Positions 28,621-42,109 of a stretch of 64,000 nucleotides of DNA are shown in pieces. The notes under the pieces are model-generated. The model saw only the letters and a list, made by a program, of their open reading frames with translations. It ran no database searches and was not told where the DNA came from. This DNA is from Eledone cirrhosa (taxonomy: Eukaryota). The stretch's first letter is position 1, and every line of letters starts with the position of its first letter. The stretch spans positions 32,798,001 through 32,862,000 of the forward strand of contig OZ024745.1 in NCBI GenBank assembly GCA_964016885.1. The letters run 5' to 3'. Position numbers and translations under genes: made by a program.

Positions 28621-29273
28621 TAGACATTACCACAAAGGCCATTTTACCTGACTTAATGGAGTTCCCTCCAACACTCTTCCTGTAAACTTCACACAGCCAC
28701 CTTCCATTTTTTCTCTGACCACCCACCCTACCAACACACCTTATAAAGATGACTCTATAATGCTCCGCAATGGTGACTGACAACATCCTTTCCCCTGCCT
28801 ATCATTACATAAATGGGTGTGGGTGTTGCATGTACTTCTGTATTTGAGTTTTGACAAGTCCTGAAGTCCTTTTTTGAGATATTGTTTTATGACTGAATTC
28901 CTTCAACACACAGAAATACAGTGTATTTATTCTAAACCAGATACACACAGTATTTATATAATGCTCTTACACATACATAATAAATAATAGCCAACACAAG
29001 CCAACAAGTGTGACTCAACATTGTTAGTCATTCTATTAGAAATAGAAGCTAACTCTTCCTCAAATCATACCCTACCTTCTAAAAAATGGAAGGGCACATT
29101 GATGTAAAAGTATTGTTCTCAAAATAAATAACACCAAAATCTCATAAATTCCATATTATGTGAGATAATTATGTGAGGTAAAGACTTTACCATGGAAATA
29201 TAATAGCAAGTATAGAGTAATGTAAATACTAAAGGGTTAAACATGAGAAAGCATTATAATTTATCATACTTAC

Positions 29274-29437
29274 TTTTTACAAACTTCTTCATGTACAGAT
29301 GCAAGAGCCTCTTTGGCACATTTACTCATTCCACTACCAGTAGAAACAGTACAAGCATTCAACTGTAGATCAGTAGTATTTTTAACCCTCTTGCCGTAAT
29401 ATTCTTTCACTTGCTCATAAACAGCTTTCTCACACAT
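29274..29437 (-). CDS. AS3MT: AS3MT first coding exon (MCEKAVYEQVKEYYGKRVKNTTDLQLNAC...VHEEVCK)
   Basis: ATG at 29437 downstream of a polypyrimidine tract (upstream UTR exon likely); gtaagt donor; V..YYGK...DL..NAC motif. The eight exons sum to 969 nt in frame. Confidence 0.93.
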
Positions 29438-29753
29438 TGTACTTTGGTTTCAATGAGAAGAGAAAGAGAAAGAAAAAAAATGATTTTGTGACCAAATATT
29501 TTCTAAAAATGTCGATAAATCATTATTTCATTTCTTATAATTGTTTTTAACATAGGCACAAAACAGGTAATTTTGGGGAAGGGGAGTTGCTCAAACCTTA
29601 GTACTTTACTGGTATTTTATTTTATTGACTCTGGAAGGATGAAAGGTAAAGCTGACCACAGCTGGATTTCAACTCAGAATATGAAGGACCATAACTAAAT
29701 GTTACAAAGCATTTTTTCTGACACTAATGATTCCGTCAACCAAAATAATAATT

Positions 29754-29922
29754 GTTTCTACTATTGGCACAAGGCCAGCAATTACCCAGTACTTTATTTT
29801 ATCGACCCCGTAAGGATGAAAGGCAAAGTTAACCTCGGCGGGATTTGAACTCAGAATGGCAAGGGCCGTAACTCTATGCGTCAAAGCATGGTGTCCGACC
29901 CTCTACCGATACTGCCAATCCA
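29754..29922 (-). mobile_element. tRNA-derived CORE-type SINE
   Basis: Reverse complement of the 32910-33090 family; many older copies at about 20900-21440, 22310-22620, 29550-29740 and 40630-40795. Confidence 0.8.
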
Positions 29923-30037
29923 TGATTTCTATCGACTAAACAAAAACTAGAAAATCTAATAGAAGGATAGTATCATGGAATCAACTTGTATTGATTAAAT
30001 TGATTGAATTGACACTGCGCAGCTATTCTGTAAAGAA

Positions 30038-30235
30038 TAACTGACCATATAACAAAGTTAAGTTACACTCCAGTGCTATAACTGACCATGTAACAAAGTT
30101 AAGTTACACTCCAGTGCCATAACTGATCTTGTAATACACTCAAGTTACACTCTAGTGCTATAACTGACCAATGTAACACAGTCGAGTTACACTCCAGTGC
30201 TATAACTGACAATGTAACAAAGTTAAGTTACACCC
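30038..30235. repeat. ~41-bp tandem repeat, about 5 copies
   Basis: TAACTGACCATGTAACAAAGTTAAGTTACACTCCAGTGCTA units. Confidence 0.9.
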
Positions 30236-30759
30236 TCTTCTTTTCAATCCAGATAAACAAACAGGCCACCCTCTGAGAAAAAAATCTGGTACAAGAACAA
30301 AGACAGCACTAATATGGACATGTAATGCAAATGGAAGATGACAGCTGTAGAACGAAGTGCATAAACATTTCAGTGGTTAGAACAAGGACAATATGGGATG
30401 AAGTAGTGAAGACCGATTTTAGGAAGTTGAACTTCACAACAGAAATGACAAAGGAATATGATGACCATGATGATTGATAATAAGCAGTACTGGAGAAAAA
30501 CAGCATAGTGGTAAAAAAACAAGTATAACCTGCCATTTTTGCTATAGTGTCCACTACACTTATATCAAAACCCCATGTAACACATCCTCTGTGCAAATGG
30601 TAACTGGCCCATTTTAATCCATTTGTACTCAACCTCTGACACCATTGCTTTTTAGTAACTATTCTCATCATTACTGTATATCTACTTGATCTGAGATCAC
30701 TCACACTACTTTTCTCCCTCACATCACCCTGTTAAATCCAACCACTCTTGTCATACAAC

Positions 30760-32760
30760 AATGACATCACACAAGTTTTCGTCTTCACCCTCAAACACTC
30801 CTCCCAGTGGGTCCTGCCAGAAGAAACTTTCTCCAATTTATCTGGCTAGATCCCCAAACAAGACCAGCCAAGCTCATGGATGTTATCCAACCATCTTATT
30901 CACAGTCTACCCCTGGGTCTCCTGTCGTTTGGTTTTGCCCATAAGATCTTTCCAGTGATTCTTTCCTGAGACATTCTAACTACATGCCCATAATATCAGA
31001 GCTGTGTGATCTCTAATTCTGAGAAGTAGCAGCTCTCCCTGAAGCAACTCTGATTTCCCAGCTATGCACTCTATCAAGTAATGTTACTCAAAAGACCCTT
31101 AAGAGGAACCCCATTACAGCCACTTATATTCACGGTTATTTCTTTTGATTATTACCCAAGATTCATGACCATAGGTAAGATAGTGAGTTTGGCTTTTACA
31201 GCTACACCCTTCTTCTGATTACTGAATGCTGAAACAGGCGTATCACTGCACCAGCTACTCCAATTCTTGCACTTAGTTCAGCCTCATGCCTTCCATCACT
31301 CATGAACACAGCCCTGAGATACTTGAATTTCTCCACCTGCTTCAGTGGAACTCCATTCACATGTAAAGTGCACTGCACATGCTTCCTTGAGAGGATGAGT
31401 GTCTGTCTTCACAGCACTGATTTTCATTTCAGCTATGCAACACTCAGTAGTAAACCTATCAAGAGCATGTTGGAGATCACCTTCTGATGAGTTAAGTTGT
31501 ATCATGACATCTGCAAATTCCAGCCAACTGATGCTACACCTGCTAGTCATGATACCACTTCCAACCTGGCTCCACACGATAATTCAGTTGATGAAGATTA
31601 TGAAAAGGAGAGGTAATGGTATGCACACTTGGTGGAGTCCGACTTCCATATTGAATGGTTTCGATTTAGTACTTTTTATCCAAACACAAATACTACAGCA
31701 TTGATATAGAGACATAAAGGTAACAAGAAGCTGTCCATCGATCTCATAGTCCTGCAGAACCTTCCATAGCAGGTCCCGTGGAGTGCGATTGTATGCCTTT
31801 TTGAGGTCTACAAAGCAAGCATACACCTCTTGGCAGTACTCCCACAATTTCTCAAAGACCACCACAGTGTGAATATTTGGTTGGTTGTGCTGCATCTGGG
31901 GTGAAAACCACACTGTTCATCAGCTAGCTTGGAGTCAACAATCTCCCTAAATCTCTTAGCCAGACACTCAGCATAGACATTACTGGAGAGGTTTAACAAG
32001 GAGATCCCTCAATAAATGGAGCAATCCCTCTTGTCTCCCTTTTTGAAAATTGGGATTATCACATCTGATTGCCATTTCTTAGGTACCTTTCCAGGCCACC
32101 CAGCACATATAAGTCAACCAGAAAATATTTTCTTTATTTAAGGTTTTTAACATCTCAAGCCGAATTTGCTCCTCCCCAGCAGCCTTGATATATTTGAGCT
32201 ATTAACTGCTCTTGTGACATTAACCTGCAAGAGATGTCATTGCTCCCAGATGTACCTCTTGTACATAAGAAGATACTCTTGTGATTAAGTTTAGGAGATC
32301 AGCAAAGTATTCTCTCCAGCTCATGAGGATGCACCTCTCTGGTGAGAAGAGAACCCCAAACATGTTCCTGACAGCAGGTGTGGAGAACATTTTATTATGA
32401 AGTCAGCATATGGTTTGTCAGAGCACTTTATTTGCTGATCTGAAGTTGGATTCCAGCTTAACCACAAAGTCCTCAAGACTTTGAACGCCTTTACTATTCT
32501 GCTGTGACTTTTCATGCCTGCTTTTACTGCAAGTGCAAAAAGGAGGACATATTTCCAAGCTAAGACTTGTCGGCCTCCTTTTTTACTTGGATGGCATCTT
32601 CAAGCCTTTGATTGAACGAAGCTGCTTTCACCAACATCATTCAACAGCTGAAGCAGAAACTGCCAATTTAAAGTCTCCATTCCATTTCAACATCCTCAGT
32701 TTGCTTAGAGAGTTCTCTGAATTTAGATGCAATAGCTCAGCCCCTCACTTAATATGAATA
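30760..32760 (-). mobile_element. decayed RTE-clade LINE (reverse transcriptase remnant)
   Basis: Frameshifted RT motifs: EQCGFHP, ACFVDLKKAYNR, GLHQVCIPLPLLF, FADV. Confidence 0.85.
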
Positions 32761-32909
32761 TCCAGCACAGAATCAGAGATTAGAGACAGTAACATACAAC
32801 TACTGTTAAACTTAGGACACTGGTGATGGTAGAACACAATTGTAAGTTATAGTCGATAGATGATGAACGCTATATTTCCTTTGAGGTAGATTTCACTCAA
32901 TGTTATATC

Positions 32910-33090
32910 GGTGGATTGGCAGTATCGGTAGAGAGTCGGATGCCATGCTTTCCAGCATAGTTACGTCCCTTTACGGTCTGAGTTCAAATCCCCCCCGAGG
33001 TTTACTTTGCCTTTCATCCTTACGGGGTCGATAAAATAAAGTACCAGTAATGCACTGAGTAATTGCTGGCGTTGTGCCTAAAGTAGAAAC
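32910..33090 (+). mobile_element. full-length tRNA-derived CORE-type SINE
   Basis: A box TGGCAGTATCGG, B box GAGTTCAAATCC, CORE-like GCCTTTCATCCTTACGGGGTCGATAAAATAAAGTACC; flanking GTTATAT duplication. Confidence 0.85.
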
Positions 33091-33549
33091 AGTTATATTG
33101 TATTGTCCTTCAGGTAAATTCCATTCTGTTCAATATATATAGTCAGACAAGACACATCATGACAGTTCGACGTCCATCCTCTACTTTATTTGCCGACAAC
33201 TAATCAAGGGAGGCAACTCTTCAATCTCTAATTGTCAATATAACTCCAATAATTATTGGAGTTATAATTTTTCCATTCACATGGTCATTCAACTGGGAAG
33301 CAGTTGACATCTATGAATTGATTTGCAAACTTCAAAAAGAAGATGCTAATGGTGTACTGGGAGAAACAACAGTATTACATAGCGTAGAATCAACAGAAAC
33401 TGACATCTCAGGCAATTCAGGTGCTTTACCTGTCACTTCTGTTAACTCAGAACCCCAACCACAGTAACAGTAGAGATATGAGGCATCATTACTTCAGCTG
33501 ACTGGGGTAGAAGCTTCAACAGTTGATTTACATGTCATTTTAACACATT

Positions 33550-34560
33550 TCTACCCAGTCTTACTTCAAAATTTACATCTTTCAACTGTCATGTAGTGCC
33601 TTCCACCCAACATTGACCAGTTCCAAAATTCTGTACAAGTAGAAATTTAGAAAATATTATCCTCTTTTTTCATTTGTTCCATATCATATTCATGCCCTTG
33701 AACCTGACAATGAGTATCTGATTTCAGAAGATGAAATGCTGTCTGTAAGTGATCTTTGAACAATAATTCGGCAGGAGGCGAAGCTGTAGTTGTTGAATGT
33801 AAAGTAATTCTGAAACAGAACAAGAACTTGTTGACATTAGTTTCAAGTGTCCCTTTCCTGTTCGTTTTCATCTCCTTTAAAGCCTTTTTAAATGTGCAAA
33901 CAGTACATTCATCTTGGCCATTAGTGGAGGGATGATACAGAGCTTTGAATATATACCGAATTCTATTGAAGTTCATAAGCAATTTAAACACTTTATTAAC
34001 AAAACATGGACCATTGTCACTTACTAATATTACAGGCAGACCATGCATGGTGAAGATTCCTCTACTTCTTAACTGTGTCAGTGGCAGAACTCATGATACA
34101 TACTTCAGTCTATTTTGAGTAGACATTAAGAACGATTAAAAATATGTCCCATAAATATATCAACAACACCCATATGTACAAGAGTTGGCTGAAAAGTTCA
34201 TAGGCTGACTACAAAGGATTGATGCAAGAGCTTTGAAATCTTGCATGCATTACTTTCAACAATTCTTATTAATAACTGCATTGTTTCTTTCCAGGAACTA
34301 TGTTGAAAAATAAACCTTATTTGGTCATTCCATGAGAGTACCTTGGTCAGCCTATGAACTTTTCAGCAGACCCTTATATTCTTTCTCGTGGCTGATTTGG
34401 ATATTCCAAGCATGAATTGGAGCATTTCATAAACTGTTTTGACCTTGAATGCCTACTTCACAAACCTCGCATGTCATTTCAATATTAACATCCAAATTTG
34501 GCCACCATACACAGCATCAAGTGCTGCAGAAATACTATGATGGTTTTATGACAGGGCAAG
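33550..34560 (-). mobile_element. Gypsy-type LTR retrotransposon integrase remnant, interrupted by a MITE
   Basis: ORF 33647-34048 HGLP..LVSDNGPCF...YHPSTNGQ.E...FRITLHSTT; upstream WWPNLD near 34500. Confidence 0.85.
34179..34376. mobile_element. Tc1/mariner-type MITE nested in the Gypsy remnant
   Basis: TA-flanked, with TIRs GCTGAAAAGTTCATAGGCTGAC / GTCAGCCTATGAACTTTTCAGC. Confidence 0.8.
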
Positions 34561-34899
34561 TAAACGCCCCTTAATTAACTTTTCCTGCATCAAGAGCATG
34601 TGTTAGGAAGGCTGAGGTAAAGCTGGGACCCTGTAGCTCTCTACAGTTTTCTGTTGACTCCGTTATCTTGCATATTTGCTAGCCACAATTTTTTATTTGC
34701 TTTTCTCCTCTATATCACAAGTCCTACAGCAATAGGCAACGTGTGACAAGAACAGTCAAGGACGTTGATGAATATTTCTAGCTTAGAACCTGTACATATG
34801 GCAGCTTCAATGTTCTGGCCATTTTGAAGTATACTAAGGCAAAAACTTCACTCAATTCCTGCTGGAGAAACTAGACAACATTATCTAAGGGCAGCACAG

Positions 34900-36619
34900 C
34901 CTATTCAAATTTTGAGGAGTCCAAAATAAAAAAAAAGGTGTCCTAAAGAAAGCTAGCTCCATTTTGTACTCGGTTGGAAACAGTACTTAATAAGTTACCT
35001 CCTCAATGGGATCAGAAATCAAAGAAATTCTCTAAACTTTGTTTCTTGGTGCCTGGAATGTTTGCACCCTCATGGATGGTTATGTTCTTGTAATAAAAAG
35101 AGCTCCATATAGAAGAGCGCATGTTGCCAGAGAAATTTTCTTGCTACAAGACGGACATCTGTGCACTCAGTGAAAATTGTTTTCCCAATGAAGGGTCTAC
35201 ACGTCCTTCTGGAAAGAGCTTCCACAAGACCAAAGTCATCTACATGATATTGGTTTGGCTATCAGAAATGTGCTCCCCTCAAAACTTCTACAATTTTCTG
35301 TTAGTATTGACAGTTTGGAAACATGTAATTGGGAACCATAACATAGGCAACAGGAATTCAAATGGGCTCTGACTTCTCTCCTTTAGTCCAGAAAAACCAA
35401 TTCTTTATTAACAACTCAATGTTCCAACTTTTAACCAAGCAGAAAATCACCTGGAAGAACCCACAATCTAGAAATTGGCATCTCTTGGAATATGTTATTG
35501 TTCGTCTCCATAATGTTTGCAATGTCTCTCACACTAGAGTTGTATGCTCCATCTTCTGTGTTGTACCTTGTATACCAGCAAGAAAGCAAGCACCCAAACC
35601 TTATTTTGATATAGCATCTCTGGGATCTACTAAAATCAGGCTTGCATTCCAGAATAAACTTCAGTCTCAGCTCAATAATGTTCATATTCCCTCATTGGAA
35701 GGTGACCACAATCAAAAAGCTGAAATTGAAGATATTTGGAGCTCATTGCTTGAACGCATACAATTGACATCAAAGGAAGTTATAAGAATCCCCAAAAGAA
35801 AAATCCTGACTTGTGAGACAGTCTGTTAGGGAAGGAATCCATGGCTTTCAATTCAAGGCTGACCTTGCAAACCCCAGTTCAATCTCCCATCTAGAGGCCT
35901 GGAAAAAGATAAAACACAGCGTAGGCTAAGAGAAATCCCAAACTGGTGGACTGCAAAAACATGAAATCCATTGCTTAGCTGATGGAAACAAAACCTGAGT
36001 TATATAGTGCAATTAAAAGTATCTTTAGCTTTGCCAAAATCAAAGTTGCTCTTTTACACACAACTGATGGAAGTCAACTTCTTAAGGACCAAACAGAGAT
36101 ACTAAATCAAGGGGCAGAATATTTTCAAGAATTTCTGAAGTGCATAAATCCAACTAATCTACCCGCACTCGACAAACTCCCACTCTTTCTCTAGTGTTAA
36201 AATTAGATAAAACTCCCATCAGCTCACAAAGTTACATGAGATCAATGTATTGAAAAAACAAAAAGGCACTAAGTAAGGATACTATTCCTGTCAATTTTTA
36301 AAAGTATGATGGAGCTTATTTGAAGGAGAAATTGTTTGATTTCTTCTTACTTTGTTGGAAACATGGCTCCATCATAACCATTTATAAAATGAAAAGTGAT
36401 CATTCTAATTTTAATAACAGCTATGGCATATCTCTTTTGGATATCACAGGAAAAATTATACTTGCATCCTTTTAATGAAGCTCAAACCAACTTCCGACAC
36501 AACTGATATGATTTTTGGAGCTGAATAGCTTCTGGAAAAGGTTAGAGAACACCTAAGGGAGATTAGCTTTGCCTTCTTTGACCTGTGTAAGACTTTCAAT
36601 ACCATCAATTGTCGTCTTG
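34900..36619 (+). mobile_element. decayed RTE/BovB-like LINE (APE endonuclease and start of RT)
   Basis: DICALSE, TWKNPQSRNWHLLEYVIVR and FFDLCKTFNTIN remnants across frames. Confidence 0.8.
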
Positions 36620-36623
36620 TTAA

Positions 36624-39600
36624 TCTTTCATCAATGACACTCATTCAACCCATACTGGCATGGAAATAGACTAGTCTATATAGAATTTTGCATGATAAAT
36701 ATTTGCTGAAGATGTTCATTTGCATATAGCAAATAGAAAACATTGGCTGGAAATTCTCATTTGCATATAGTATGAACTTGCTTTAAGTATTTAGGCATAA
36801 TAGAGGTGTATATGAAAACATATAAATATATACTATACTATACGGGAATATATTCAGCATCCTTTGAATCTTCTGTAGTGAGCTTCGGGATATGCCCAGC
36901 TGCTGAGACTGCCTTCGGGCTGATATTGAAGGCTCTTCTTGAATGCTCTGTCGTACACACTGAATGTTGTCCTCAGACCTCCCTACACCTGGTAAATCAC
37001 TAACAGTCCCCTGGTGTTCAAACCGCCGGAATAAATTGAGTATCGCTTGTTTAGATGGTGGTTTTTTTTACCCCAAAATGATGAATATAAGCTCTTTGGG
37101 TTCGTACAATTGATCTTTGATTTTGTAGATACAATTCGATTATTTTTACTCGTTGCTCTGTCATGGATTTCTCCATGATTATTTTTCAAGAATTACATGT
37201 TAATAATCTGAAACAAAAAAATTGAAAAGATTTTTTTGTTTCTGATTATTGATAGGTAATTCATGGAAAATAATCATATATATATATATATATATTCATT
37301 AGTTAAGCAAAACAAGACCACACATTTCACAAGGGAGACATTATTAAAAGATTGTCAACATATTTTAGTTTGATGTAAGGAATGTAGAGAATAATAATAA
37401 TAATATTAATAATAATAATAATGTCCGTTTACAATTGTTTCGCTACTCCATATAATATTTCTGGTACAGATGACTATATATCATTATTGATCTGGTTCAG
37501 TTGAAAATAATTAACATATTTAAAAACAGAGCGGCTCATTGGCACTTCAAAGGAATATAAATTAAAATAAGGAGAGAGTGTTACATAATGTAATGTTCCA
37601 TATATTGGTATTTCACAATGGTGTCCTGGTTGTATCAATTGTCAGCCATAATCAAGCAGTATTCATCTGTCGAGGCTGCATTGTGTGAGATCTGCCTATG
37701 GGTAACAAGAAGGCCGCCAAAGGACATATTTACCTTACTAATTAGAGGGTGGTTTCAGGAGAAGTAACTCCTCGAGAGATTAGAAATTGTGGGTAGTTTA
37801 TAGTTAAGTGCTAATTTTTAAATTTTTTAATTGAGAGACAATGTAGGGGAGGTAACTTATAATTATCTAAGTTAGTTAGAGCTATTCATAATAATCACCG
37901 ATTTAGTTGGAATTTACCTATTACATAACATCAGAGCCGAAATCCAACCCTTGCAAGGCGGAATTACAGGGACGACGCCCTATTTGCAGTCCACAATTGC
38001 ACTAATCGGGGCATTGATTTGCTAAAAAAAACAATTACATAGATTCTTTAAAAATAACGGTCTCTCTATCACCATCGAGCCGAGCCATAAAGTAGTAAAC
38101 TTCCTAGACGTCACCCTGGATCTCAACAATAACCATAAACCAGGTGAAATACTCACATATATTAGCCCACACTCTAACCAACCACCGGCAGTCATCAGAG
38201 CAGTAATCAAATCTATCTCGTATAGGATCTCCATGCTATCAGCAAATGAGGAGATATTTATAAACCATGCACAATATTATAATAAGGCTCTTTCTGAATC
38301 TGGTTATGAACAATCCATTTACTACATACCTAAATGCCATAACACAGCAATTCACCATAATAAACTTAACACTAGAACTAGAAATACCTTAGCATATAGC
38401 CAGATTCGCCGGAATTTTAGCAGTAACAGCACCTATACAGGGAAGTTTAATGGTGGCAGCGGCCTGTTCCCCACTCCAAGTAGCAAACTAAAAATCAACC
38501 CTAGAATAGGAATGAGAAATGGGATGGCAAATAACAAATCCCCATGTAATAATAACCCTAAGAAGGCCCCTACCAACTCCACTAGAACCCCTAGAAGGAA
38601 TAGACCTAAAAATATCACCTGGCTTAACCTAATCTAATCTAGCCACTAATATCCCTAAACGCTTCTTCTCTATCCTATCTAAACATTTCCCACCCAACCA
38701 TAGATATTACAAACTCTTTAATAAAAATAACATTAAAATCTCATTCTCCACAACACCTAACCTAGTTAACCACATCGCATTCAGTAGCCATCATAAACTA
38801 AGACAGTATAACTCCCACACCGCGGTACCACCACCCCTATCAAATACACCACGCCACTACACCAATAATTACTCTAGTAGCACACCTCTCCCATCTAATC
38901 CTTCTAGCACTGACCAACCGCTTAGGTTAAACTACCCTACTCTCACTAACCGCAGAAGCAACTGCAACTGCCGTTACCCTAATGCATGCCCATTAAATGG
39001 ACACTGCCTGACACCCAACATAGTCTATAGGTGCACGGTTAAAACTGCTTCGAATACCAGCTCTTATATCGGGTCTACCTCTAACCCTTTTAAGGTACGC
39101 TATAATGCGCACTCTTTTTCCTTCCGAGACCCTAGCAAAAGATGTTCGACATCTCTAGCTAGGCTCATTAAAAACCTTAAATTAAGCAACATTGAACACT
39201 CACTAAAATGGGATATTGTAGCTAGGGCCCAACCGTTCAATGGACGAAGAAAATCTTGTGATCTCTGTATTACCGAAGCATATTACATAACTCTATCATG
39301 ACCTCTACCGATTAACGATAGAACGGAGGTAACTATTAGCTGTCAACATCGAAGGGTTAATTCCTTCGCCAATAGAATATTTGACCCAACATAGTCATCT
39401 AGCCCCATTTTTACTTGTAGCTAATAAGTTAAATAGCTATAACTTAGATAATTATAAGTTACCTCCCCTACATTGTCTCTCAATTAAAAAATTTAAAAAT
39501 TAGCACTTAACTATAAACTACCCACAATTTCTAATCTCTCGAGGAGTTACTTCCCCTGAAACCACCCTCTAATTAGTAAGGTAAATATGTCCTTTGGCGG

Positions 39601-40272
39601 CCTTCTTGTTACCCATAGGCAGATCTCACACAATGCAGCCTCGACAGATGAATACTGCTTGATTATGGCTGACAATTGATACAACCAGGACACCATAGTG
39701 AAATACCAATATATGGAACATTACATTATGTAACACTCTCTCCTTATTTTAATTTATATTCCTTTGAAGTTCCGATGAGCCGCTCTGTTTTTAAATATGT
39801 TAATTATTTTCAACTGAACCAGATCAATAATGATATATAGTCATCTGATCCAGAAATATTATATGGAGTAGCGAAACAATTGTAAACGGACATTATTATT
39901 ATTATTCTCTACATTCCTTACATCAAACTAAAATATGTTGACAATCTTTTAATAATGTCTTCCTTGTGAAATTTGTGGTCTTGTTTTGCTTAACTAATGA
40001 ATATTTCCAGCTCTGCACGCCTAACTTCTGCATGAACCCAGCCACCTAGCTGCTTTCTACTGCATATTGCACATTGAGCTTTGGCTTCTAACTAATTCAC
40101 CAATCTCTCCTCTCCTATCTCCATCTCTCTCTTTAAGATTGGTTACTCTTGAACTGTATATATATATATATATATGCAGAGCATCTCCAGAAAATGTTCG
40201 TCACGCAAAATTATATATATAGATTCTAGTCTATTTCCATGCCAGTACATGTTGAGTGTCACTGATGAAAGG
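36624..40272. mobile_element. possible TTAA-flanked (piggyBac-like) element enclosing Penelope A
   Basis: Diverged ~95-bp inverted repeats (36624-36717 vs 40179-40272), each bounded by TTAA; could instead be two separate MITE ends. Confidence 0.4.
37292..40004 (+). mobile_element. Penelope-like element A, 5'-truncated, with inverted pLTR
   Basis: RT end (YRDDAL, VNFLDVTLDL, YISPHSNQPP), CNCR..CPL.G.CL linker and GIY-YIG (IVYRC...YIGST...RYNAH) at ~37950-39390; 37292-37874 is the reverse complement of 39440-40004. Confidence 0.92.
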
Positions 40273-40833
40273 TTAACAAATCTTGAAATTGCACTGTCAG
40301 ACATTCTCGCCCTCACTGACAAACTCTGATATATTCACAGAGAAAAATAGAGAAAATAATTTTTTGCTGACAATAGTGAGGCTATATATTTATTGTATAT
40401 AAACGAATAGTAAGTATTTATATATGTTTCCATATACACACCTAATATGATTAAGCACTGTCTTAGTGCTACTGCCAATTCAATATAACCAAACTAAGTT
40501 CACACAATCTGCAAATGAACATTTCCAGCCGACGTTTTCTATATACCTCTTGGTAATACTACCGCGATTTCTCGAAGACTTGACGCAGTGTGAATAGTTG
40601 ATCAGCTGTGCTGCGTCCGGAGAGAGGGGGGTATAGAGGACGAATCGACCCCAGTATTGGATTGGTACTATTTTTATCGTCCTTGAAAGGATGTGAGGCA
40701 AAATTGACCTAAATAGGATTTAAATTCGGAACACAAAGAGCCGGAACTAATACCGCAAAGCATTCGAGCCGACGTTTTAATTACTCTACCAATTCACAGT
40801 TTCATTTCAAAATAAATCTTCAGAAATAATTTT

Positions 40834-41662
40834 GGCACTACCATGCTATTAGCTGTCAGAAGTGAAAGTTTCGTCAACCTTCTCACTCGTAAACATCGTT
40901 TATTTCCGTATTACCACGCGTTATTTTAATAAAGCATATCGATGTAAGTGGAGTTACTTAAATGAAAATATAGGTGGCCCTTTTTAGAAAACAAATTTAA
41001 GTTAATTAGAAAACAAGTCATGGTTATCAAATAAATTGGATTTAATCATTTATATTTTCATAGTCATGGTTATCAATGTAGAAAACAAGTCATTTTCACC
41101 AACAGTGGAGTTAACTTAAATGAAAATATAGGTGGCCTTTAAAAGGGCCAAATTAGAAAACAAATATATGGTTATCAAATTTTTTTCACCAACTCTATAC
41201 ATGAAATTGATAACTATGACTATGAAAATAAATATGAATGATTAAATATAAATGATTAAATCCAATTTATTTGAGAACCATGACTTGTTTTCTAATTAAC
41301 TTAAATTTGTTTTCTAATTTGGCCCTTTTAAGGGCCACCTATATTTTCATTTAAGTAACTCCACTTACATCGATATGCTTTATTAAAATAACTGTTTCTA
41401 CTTTAGGCACAAGGCCAGCAATTAGCCAGTGCATTACTGGTACTTTATTTTATCGACCCCGTAAGGATGAAAGGCAAAGTCAACCTCGGCGAGATTTGAA
41501 CTCAGATCGTAAAGGGACGTAACTATGCTGGAAAGCATGGCGTCCGACCCTCTACCGATACTGCCAATCCACCAACGCGTGGCAATACGGAAATAAACGA
41601 TGTTTACGATTGAGAAGGTTGACGAAACTTTCACTTCTGACAGCTAATAGCATGGTAGTGCA
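40834..41662. mobile_element. fold-back MITE with GGCAC termini (Merlin-like), carrying a SINE insertion
   Basis: ~85-bp TIRs GGCACTACCATGCTATTAGCTGTCAG..., extended by internal inverted arms; 8-9-bp TSD (A)ATAATTTT on both sides. Confidence 0.7.
41394..41573 (-). mobile_element. tRNA-derived CORE-type SINE inside the MITE right arm
   Basis: Closely matches the reverse complement of 32910-33090. Confidence 0.88.
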
Positions 41663-42109
41663 ATAATTTTTTTCCGTTTAGCTGATTAAAAAAAATTCAA
41701 AAGCCGAAGATTTCTCATACATATGCGCGATCACTTAACCAACTAAAAATAGCAACCAAATTCCCCACGAAATCGCACCCTGCAACCTTTAAAAAAACTG
41801 GATGTTTAAGGCTGGAATGCATTTGATCCTAGACTAACAGAAAAAGGCAGAGTCACATTTTAGAGAAATGTGTTTTTTATATTCTCTTCGAAGATAACAA
41901 ATAAAACATTTAAAGTAATGTTGTGCGTGATTCTTTTGTTAATCTAGAATATAACATTACATTTCAATACAAAATATCCAGTACTAAAACAAATGTACAA
42001 TATACATGGCAATAAAGAATAAAAAGAAAAGAAAAAGAATCAGACAAAAGGAATTAAGCAACGAAAGAAAGAGATAGGGAGGCGCGACAAATTCTACACA
42101 GCAGTCTGA

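Noticed and set aside
32910-33000. tRNA gene (A and B boxes)
   Set aside because: No cloverleaf; it continues into a SINE core and is multicopy in the window.
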